Source: an uncultured Thermotogae bacterium
GTDB lineage: Bacteria > Bipolaricaulota > Bipolaricaulia > RBG-16-55-9 > DRXL01
Assembly (NCBI GenBank): GCA_964473325.1
Contig: CAYYOG010000001.1
Span: forward strand, 52,618-116,617
Length of the DNA: 64,000 nt
Direction of reading: 5' to 3'
Shown here: one piece after another, positions 57,790-64,000 of the stretch
How the letters are laid out: every line of letters starts with the position of its first letter
How positions within the stretch are numbered: the stretch's first letter is position 1
Made by a program: the position numbers and the translations under genes
Notes under the pieces: model-generated
Seen by the model: the letters and a program-made list of their open reading frames with translations, nothing else
Database searches by the model: none
Told to the model about the DNA's origin: nothing

Positions 57790-59406
57790 ATGGCAACCAA
57801 AGGTCGGAAGATCGGGGTACTAATCGGGTGTGCTCTGCTTGCTCTTTTGATAGCTTCAAGCAAGGGGGGTACTCAAGATTTTTGTACTCTAACCGTGAAC
57901 AGGACCGGGAGCGGGACAGTTACAAGCACTCCTCCAGGGATCAATTGTGGCACAGATTGTACGGGAATATACTTCTGTGGAATTACTGTGCAGCTAACGG
58001 CTACGGCCGCATCGGGTTGGACCTTGAGTGGTTGGAGTGGCTGCGACTCAGCCTCAGGTAATCAGTGTACAGTGATAATGAATATCAACCGCACTGTTAC
58101 GGTAACATTCTCAGCGGCGACATTCACGCTCACTGTGACGAAATCCGGCGCTGGAAGCGGCACAGTAACAAGTAGCCCCGCGGGGATCAACTGTGGCGCG
58201 GATTGCTCAGAGAGCTACTCTTCAGGCACAACAGTAAGGCTAACAGCCACAGCAGCTTCGGGCTCGATCTTCACTGGTTGGAGTGGGGCCTGCAGTGGTA
58301 CGGCGGCCACGTGCGATGTTCTTATGAACGCTGACAAATCAGTCACCGCAACCTTCGCGCAAGCCTTCACTCTCACTGTGACCAAAACTGGTACTGGAAG
58401 CGGTACTGTAACCAGCAATGACGGTAAGATCAACTGCGGCACCACATGCACCGCGAGCTATGCTGTCACTACTCCTCCTGCTACGGTAACCTTGACAGCT
58501 ACTGCGGACTCTGGATCAACTTTCAGAGGCTGGAGCGGGGCTTGCAGTGGTAGGGGTACTTGTTCAATTACTATGGATGCCAACAGATCCGTCACGGCTA
58601 CTTTTGCACTTAGGGGCGGTGGGACTGTCCCTGGCGCTGGTTGTCAAAATGATAACGTTGAAGGAGCTTCTCAGGACGATATTATTCAGATGTGTGATAC
58701 AGCGAGCGATAACTTAACTATTCGTGGGGATGGCAATGGAGTTTTCGACGACGGACCAGATCGATGTTCGTCATCACGATGTGGCGATGACCTGATCATA
58801 GGGAGTGGTGACGATGACCAAATTTATGGGGATGACAGTTTTGGCGGCTGGCGCACTAGCGGTCGAGATGTCATCTACGGGAGAATGGGCAACGACACTA
58901 TCTATGGCGAGTCAGGCAACGACACCATCTATGGCGGCAATGATGATGATGTGATTGACGGAGGCAATGGTAATGACCATCTCGAAGGTGAGGAGGGGAA
59001 TGATCTATTGCAAGGCGGTCCTGGCCGAGATGTTCTCCTTGGTGGATTAGGCGATGATGAGCTATATGGTGGTTCCGGCAACGATATACTGCGCGGCAAC
59101 GATGGCATCGACACCCTCGACGGCGGCACCGGCAACGATATCATTGAGGGCGGCTTGGACTCAGATTTTCTCGTTGGCGGTGGCGGGAATGATGTCTTCA
59201 TTGTGCGATCAGGCGATGCCGGGGATGACATCGAGACAATCATTTGCACCCAAGCGCACAACGAGAAGGGAAGAGTTATCTTCATCGGTGAATTCCCTGA
59301 CTTGCTACTTGGGCGTTTCCGCAACACTATCCTAACTATCCAAGATACTTCGGGAAGCTTTGAAATCATCACCGGTCCAGGGATCTGCGTCATCAGTCGA
59401 AGGTAA
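57790..59406 (+). CDS. secreted protein with four InlB-B-repeat-like domains and a C-terminal RTX-type calcium-binding repeat block
   Basis: Signal peptide. Four ~85-aa repeats (TVxxxGSGTVTSxPxGINCGxDC ... TATAASGxxFTGWSGAC ... VTATF). Then GGxGxDxxx nonapeptides (GESGNDTIYGGNDDDVIDGGNGNDHLEG ...). Confidence 0.65.
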   Translation: MATKGRKIGVLIGCALLALLIASSKGGTQDFCTLTVNRTGSGTVTSTPPGINCGTDCTGIYFCGITVQLTATAASGWTLSGWSGCDSASGNQCTVIMNINRTVTVTFSAATFTLTVTKSGAGSGTVTSSPAGINCGADCSESYSSGTTVRLTATAASGSIFTGWSGACSGTAATCDVLMNADKSVTATFAQAFTLTVTKTGTGSGTVTSNDGKINCGTTCTASYAVTTPPATVTLTATADSGSTFRGWSGACSGRGTCSITMDANRSVTATFALRGGGTVPGAGCQNDNVEGASQDDIIQMCDTASDNLTIRGDGNGVFDDGPDRCSSSRCGDDLIIGSGDDDQIYGDDSFGGWRTSGRDVIYGRMGNDTIYGESGNDTIYGGNDDDVIDGGNGNDHLEGEEGNDLLQGGPGRDVLLGGLGDDELYGGSGNDILRGNDGIDTLDGGTGNDIIEGGLDSDFLVGGGGNDVFIVRSGDAGDDIETIICTQAHNEKGRVIFIGEFPDLLLGRFRNTILTIQDTSGSFEIITGPGICVISRR

Positions 59407-59554
59407 ATTGAAACTCACGCTTCACTGAACACTCTGAAGGGATGTGGTCATCGGTAAAAAGACTCATATACCAGAGGTTGAGGGAAGAGCAAGGTGCAGG
59501 AAGCACTAAAAGTTGTTCGGTGTGCTCCGTGACTCTGTCTCGCTTTCCGTGATT

Positions 59555-60373
59555 CTACGCTAATTCTTTCAAGGCTTGCTCTAACTGCTGGGGCGTGGGC
59601 GCGCCGTGATGCCAGTGATAGTCCCCTTCCATAAAGGAGACGCCCTTCCCAATAACAGTGCGAGCAACGATCATCGTTGGACGCCCTGTACCCTGATTGC
59701 GCAAGAATTGCTCAAACGCCGAGATGATCTGCTCGTAGTCGTGCCCGTCAATCTCTAGAGTATTCCACCCGAAGGTGCGCCATTTCTCAGCGATGGGCTC
59801 GATCCTCATAATGTCTTCAGTGCGCCCGTCAATCTGCGTGAAATTTCGGTCGAGCATCGCGCAAAGATTATCTAATCTGTAGTGCACGGCAGCAGTCGCT
59901 GCTTCCCACGTCTGACCTGCCTGACACTCCCCATCACTGATGAGACAGTAGATTTTATAGTCTTTTCTATCCAACTTGGCTGCGAGCGCCATGCCCACTG
60001 ATACAGACAGCCCTAAGCCTAGCGATCCCCCAGAATGCTCTACCCCCGGCGTCTTGAAGGCCAAGCTAGGATGGCCCTGCAGGATCGAGCCGAGCTTGCG
60101 TAAGTTTTTGAGCTCTTCTTTGGGGAAAAAGCCCTGGTCAGCCAAGATCGCATAAAGTATAGGGCAGACATGCCCGTTGCTGAGCACGAATCGGTCTCGG
60201 TCTGGCCAGCGTGGCTCCTGAGGCCGCACGTGCAGATATTTATAGTAGAGCACGGTGAGCAAATCAGCAGAACTCAGTGCCCCTCCAGGATGCCCAGACC
60301 CAGCTTGGGCCACCATTGCTACGACAGCGCGCCGAAGCTCTTTCGCTTTCTGCTGAAGCTGTGAGATCATCAT
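59555..60373 (-). CDS. transketolase N-terminal subunit (split transketolase)
   Basis: TPP-binding N-terminal half (GSGHPGGALSSADLLTVLYY ... GHVCPILY ... SLGLGLS). 272 aa. Confidence 0.8.
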   Translation of the reverse strand: MMISQLQQKAKELRRAVVAMVAQAGSGHPGGALSSADLLTVLYYKYLHVRPQEPRWPDRDRFVLSNGHVCPILYAILADQGFFPKEELKNLRKLGSILQGHPSLAFKTPGVEHSGGSLGLGLSVSVGMALAAKLDRKDYKIYCLISDGECQAGQTWEAATAAVHYRLDNLCAMLDRNFTQIDGRTEDIMRIEPIAEKWRTFGWNTLEIDGHDYEQIISAFEQFLRNQGTGRPTMIVARTVIGKGVSFMEGDYHWHHGAPTPQQLEQALKELA

Positions 60374-60382
60374 GGAACTATT

Positions 60383-62521
60383 TTATTTGAGCAGAATAAA
60401 TTTGCCAAGCTTTCTCTGAATGATTTGTCCGTCTTTGATGATCTCGATGACGTAGAGATAGACGCCGTTGGCGCGACGATGCGGGCGCCATTGGAGCGCC
60501 GCCCCTGCACGTACTGTGTCCTCGAAGAGCTTAGCCCCACGCAGATCATAAATATATAGTCGAGCCATCTCGACGGGCTCTGAAAGCTGCACGCGCACGG
60601 CGTCCCGCCGATGCACGAGCGCCACAGTTTCCGTAGAAGACTCTATGGTAATCGCGTTATCGCCCTCGATAGTGATATTATTGACCGTACCCGACCAGCG
60701 ATAGACTCCTGGCTGCGTCGTATCAGGCACGCGCAGCTCATACGTGAACGATTTTGTTTCGCTAGGGTGGACGATGGGCCAGGTGAACGAAACGGGAGGG
60801 AGGCCCCACGGGAGCTCCTCACGCAGATTCAAGCCCCCGAAAAGCCCCATGGGCATCGTCGCTTTGATAGTGACTCTGACGAGATCGCCAGGCTTTGCGT
60901 GCTTGGGTGAGATTGTGCGCTGGACTTGTATTGTTCCGAGCGAGAGGTCGAGCCTGCCCGCGCCGTAGATGTTGTCTTTGCCCGGAACGCCCATGTCTAT
61001 CGCTTGAGTTTCAAGGGCACGTTGAAGCTGCTCAGCTGTCCACTCTGGGTGCTGAGAGAGCAAGAGCGCTGCGGCCCCAGCGACGTGCGGCGCCGATGCT
61101 GATGTCCCGGAAAAGTACGTGAGCGCGAAGCTCGAGACGCCATCCGGTCCCATGATATCAGGCTTGATACGCCCATCACTTGTGGGCCCTTGAGAACTAA
61201 ACGGCTCCTGGGGGCCGGTCTTCCAGCTGCGCACGCTGATTGCCCCAACAGCGAAAGCCCCCCGTGCGTCTGCTGGAGTGAGAATGCTCCCTTCAGGAAT
61301 ATTGGGATCGATAGCTTGCTGGCTGAGATTGAAGATTTTTAGTCCAATGTTCGTCCGAGAGATGCGGCGGGCGAGCACCCGCGCGCGATATGCCCCCGGC
61401 GCCCACGCAACGTATTCTATTTGCTCGGTCGGCTCTTCGGAACCCGTTTGGTAGTTTTGCGAGCTGGCAACCAAGCGCCCTTGTGCGTCGTAGAGAAAGA
61501 GATCGAAGTCTTGCGCCGTGCGTGGCCAATCGTCCCACGTCAGATAGAGCTCAATCGAGCCAGGGAAGTCAGCTTTGATTAAGAGTTCTTCTCTGCCGGG
61601 GGCAAACTCGAGCCACCCATCATAGTCTCTATCACTGAAAGAGCCCATCCAATGGCTCTGGGCGTGGTTACCTGCCGCGTTAACCCACAAAATTCCGTGG
61701 GCGCGCGCTCGATCTGCAAGCCCCGCGACGAATCCCTTGCCATCGCCGAAGTTGGCGTTGGCCACGCCCACAGAATAGTTAATAATATGAACTCCCTGAG
61801 CAATGGCATCATCAACAGCGTTGGCCAGATCGATCTCGTCAGCAACTTTTTTGAGATAGAGCCAAGCTTTCGGAGCCATCGCATGAATGATTTCCGTGAC
61901 GCCGGTACCGTGAGAAGTTCCTGTCTCTAAGCCTTCCCCGGTATAGTCTTGCTCATCGACGATGACGTCGGGATTGATAATTTTAGATTTTTTCGCGCGG
62001 CTGAGCTGAGCAAAACCTAAGTCTATCACAGCGATCTTGACGTTCTGTCCACGCCAGCCTGATCCTTGAAGCAAAAGCGTCCCAGTGGGCACGACCCCTT
62101 CGCTGGAGCGCGAGCCTAAAGCGACGAGCGCCCGAGGGCGACGAATGAACGAGATCCCCGGCACGCTCTCAGCTAATGCTCTGAGATTTTCTGGGGGAAC
62201 CCGCACGCGATAGAGATTTTCTGCGCAGGCTTCGACATAAGAACCAAAGGGCGCTAAGAGTGTCTCGTCCAAAGGGCGCTCACTCTCGATAATAACGGTG
62301 ATGGTCCCCACCCCTGACCCTTCTCCCGTGGGTGAGCCACGGGAGGGGGACAGCGCAGCCGGCGTGAGGGCCGCCCTAGCAAGCAACCCCGTCTCAATCT
62401 TGGGATGATAGACCGACGGCTTTGGAGGAACAGCCCAATCGCCGGGAAATCCTGAATAAGCCAACCCAATCAAGAAAAACGAAAGAACTCCTAGAATGAA
62501 AAGCAGATGCGACCTTCGCAT
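60383..62521 (-). CDS. S8-family subtilisin-like serine peptidase with a C-terminal sorting-tail-like domain
   Basis: Signal peptide. Catalytic Asp (AVIDLGF), His (HGTGVTEIIHA) and Ser (GTSASAPHVAGAAALL). C-terminal ~90 aa (LYIYDLRGAKL ... NGVYLYVIEI ... KLGKFILLK) resembles Por/T9SS-type or FlgD-Ig-like tails. In-frame repeat insertion at 62306-62351. Confidence 0.7.
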   Translation of the reverse strand: MRRSHLLFILGVLSFFLIGLAYSGFPGDWAVPPKPSVYHPKIETGLLARAALTPAALSPSRGSPTGEGSGVGTITVIIESERPLDETLLAPFGSYVEACAENLYRVRVPPENLRALAESVPGISFIRRPRALVALGSRSSEGVVPTGTLLLQGSGWRGQNVKIAVIDLGFAQLSRAKKSKIINPDVIVDEQDYTGEGLETGTSHGTGVTEIIHAMAPKAWLYLKKVADEIDLANAVDDAIAQGVHIINYSVGVANANFGDGKGFVAGLADRARAHGILWVNAAGNHAQSHWMGSFSDRDYDGWLEFAPGREELLIKADFPGSIELYLTWDDWPRTAQDFDLFLYDAQGRLVASSQNYQTGSEEPTEQIEYVAWAPGAYRARVLARRISRTNIGLKIFNLSQQAIDPNIPEGSILTPADARGAFAVGAISVRSWKTGPQEPFSSQGPTSDGRIKPDIMGPDGVSSFALTYFSGTSASAPHVAGAAALLLSQHPEWTAEQLQRALETQAIDMGVPGKDNIYGAGRLDLSLGTIQVQRTISPKHAKPGDLVRVTIKATMPMGLFGGLNLREELPWGLPPVSFTWPIVHPSETKSFTYELRVPDTTQPGVYRWSGTVNNITIEGDNAITIESSTETVALVHRRDAVRVQLSEPVEMARLYIYDLRGAKLFEDTVRAGAALQWRPHRRANGVYLYVIEIIKDGQIIQRKLGKFILLK
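62306..62351. repeat. GC-rich miniature repeat (inner stem-loop form) inside the S8 peptidase
   Basis: CCCCACCCCTGACCCTTCTCCCGT-GGGTGAGCC-ACGGGAGGGGGAC. The same inner hairpin as the 23776 copy. Encodes SRGSPTGEGSG in frame. Confidence 0.75.
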
Positions 62522-62566
62522 AGCGTTCCTACGATAGCGAAAAATTTCGCTAGGTGCAACAGCCCT

Positions 62567-64000
62567 TTACGGGGAACGCGACATATGATTGAGCAGAATA
62601 GCAATGCGCCCGCTGATAAATTGCGCAATAACAATATCTTCGAATTCGCTCCCCAAGAAGTGCCCGGTAGCAATCGCTATTGGGCCAGCTCCCACAGGCC
62701 AGATCTTGCTCATCCCAAAATAGCCGTCGCCTTGACCGAGAAAGATCTTCAGCTCGTTGTTCTGGATGCTCGTAGCTATCAAATCGAGAGCGCCGTCGCG
62801 ATCGAGATCAGCTATATGCACCGCGCGGCTCTCCGGCCCGACAAAGAGCGCTGGCCCCTCGCGGAAGCGCCCTGTCCCACGCCCGAAAAAGACCCTCACA
62901 CCATTGTCCTCAGAGGCTGCCACGACAAGGTCGTCAAAGCCGTCCCTATTGAGATCGCCTACAGAAAGAGCCGTTGGCTCCTTGCCCACGGGGAAGGGTG
63001 CCAGCACATCGAATGTGCCGTTGCCGACGCCCAAAAGTACCGTCACCGAGTCATCGAAGAAGTTCGCAACAGCGATGTCTCTCCGACCATCATCATTGAA
63101 ATCGCCCAACGCCAGTGCGCTGAGCCAGCCGCCAATGGTGATCTCCTGACCTTTCGTAAAATCCCCGTTACCGTCCCCTAAGAGCACCGTGACGAGACCC
63201 AGGGGAGCATTGGCAACAGCTACATCTACAATCTGATCGCGGTTAAAATCACCGCTGATCAGCGTATATGGCCCCGCGCCGACGACGATCTCACGTGCCG
63301 CCATGAACTGCCCCGTCCCGTCTCCGTGAAAGATGGAGATGCGCCCGTCGTCGAAGTTTGTTACGATCAGATCAAGCTTTTTGTCTCGGTTGACGTCGCC
63401 AGAAAGCAGAGACGTTGGGCGGTAGGTCAACGCGAGTATTGTGCTGATATGGAAGCCTCCGACGCCGTCGCTGCGCAGCACCGTGACGGTTTTGCTCTCA
63501 AAGTTGGCACTAGCGATATCATCGAGCTGATCGCCATCGAAGTCGCCTATAGCTAACGCTGTTGGGCCAAGCCCGACAGGAATCGAGATGGGGAACGAAA
63601 AATCTAACACGCGAATAATTTTTTGAGCGCGGTCGCTCGCGCCCTCTGCGTCAAAGACTCGAAGCGTCACGGTATAAACCCCAGCGCGAGTATAGATATG
63701 AGAGACCTGCTGTCCTATAGCGCTTATGCCGTCGCCGAAGTCCCACTCGTGGCGCACGATGCGCTGCGGCGCTAAGAGTGCTGCCGGATCGCTCGAAGCC
63801 GAAGCATCAAACTGCACAGTGAGTGGCGCAAAGCCGTTGGTCGCTGATACCGTAAAACGCGCTATAGGAGGAGGGTTGCCGACTTTGATAATCACTGTCG
63901 CAACGGCGGTCGAGCCGCGGTCGTCCTTGACAGTCAAAATAACGGGGTAGAGTCCCACTTGGGTGTAGGTATGGGAGACTGTGACGCCAGATTCTGTCGT
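62567..64000 (-). CDS. PKD-domain + FG-GAP/VCBS-repeat secreted protein (N-terminus beyond window end)
   Basis: The reading frame stays open to base 64000 (TTESGVTVSHTYTQVGLYPVILTVKD). PKD-like units (WDFGDG ... YTVTLRVFD) are followed by FG-GAP repeats (GDFDGD, GDVNRD, GDFNRD ...). Confidence 0.65.
   Translation of the reverse strand, partial: TTESGVTVSHTYTQVGLYPVILTVKDDRGSTAVATVIIKVGNPPPIARFTVSATNGFAPLTVQFDASASSDPAALLAPQRIVRHEWDFGDGISAIGQQVSHIYTRAGVYTVTLRVFDAEGASDRAQKIIRVLDFSFPISIPVGLGPTALAIGDFDGDQLDDIASANFESKTVTVLRSDGVGGFHISTILALTYRPTSLLSGDVNRDKKLDLIVTNFDDGRISIFHGDGTGQFMAAREIVVGAGPYTLISGDFNRDQIVDVAVANAPLGLVTVLLGDGNGDFTKGQEITIGGWLSALALGDFNDDGRRDIAVANFFDDSVTVLLGVGNGTFDVLAPFPVGKEPTALSVGDLNRDGFDDLVVAASEDNGVRVFFGRGTGRFREGPALFVGPESRAVHIADLDRDGALDLIATSIQNNELKIFLGQGDGYFGMSKIWPVGAGPIAIATGHFLGSEFEDIVIAQFISGRIAILLNHMSRSP

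Noticed and set aside
23158-62351. The GC-rich palindromic repeats as a CRISPR array
   Set aside because: The copies are dispersed (8 kb to 62 kb), vary in length, are not regularly spaced with unique spacers, and no cas genes are present.

Overview
The window is a high-GC (~60%) bacterial chromosomal segment with strong GGAGG Shine-Dalgarno sites and many 4-bp ATGA gene overlaps. About 62 protein genes are called, most of them housekeeping.

Recognised genes: sdhA (truncated at the window edge) and sdhB; an Opp/Dpp-type ABC peptide importer (binding protein plus two permeases); rtcB; a purine block (purD, a HAD hydrolase, purH, a pfkB-family kinase, a PurN-like gene, a HAD-IB-like gene, hup, udp, a PEBP lipoprotein, leuS, hicAB, purM, purF, purL, purQ, purS, purC); a large SARP/AAA/TPR regulator; an nfeD-flotillin operon; guaB; an M14 carboxypeptidase; a Uma2 endonuclease; clpC; clpP-tig; panE-panB; lrp, crp/fnr, a PAS histidine kinase and a response regulator; a YkuK-like protein and tsaE; and a terminal cluster of secreted proteins (Tat FG-GAP, InlB-B-repeat/RTX, S8 protease, PKD/FG-GAP).

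The most notable locus is 40.6-47.0 kb. A small SLH-domain / coiled-coil / C-terminal-TM protein, reminiscent of Thermotoga Ompα, sits ahead of an operon of three tandem paralogous secreted ~500-aa proteins. Each has a signal peptide, beta-strand-like alternating sequence, an invariant C-x3-C motif and a C-terminal Phe, which together suggest outer-membrane beta-barrels (an Ompβ-like role). Both transcription units carry perfect TTGACA-N18-TATAAT promoters, and the operon ends in a strong terminator.

The second theme is a family of nested-palindromic GC-rich miniature repeats (GGCCCTCACCCC ... CCCCTCTCCCGT-loop-ACGGGAGAGGGG ... GGGGTGAGGGCC). Copies lie in frame inside purL (two), purD and the S8 protease. 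One fuses onto the 3' end of purQ, and one sits at the 5' end of the SARP regulator.

Other points: hicAB is embedded at the 3' end of the pur operon; a CIRCE-like inverted repeat and a consensus promoter lie ahead of clpC; a ~450-bp gene-free interval (54.3-54.8 kb) looks like a structured RNA with RNase-P-like motifs; and the S8 protease carries a C-terminal sorting-tail-like domain.
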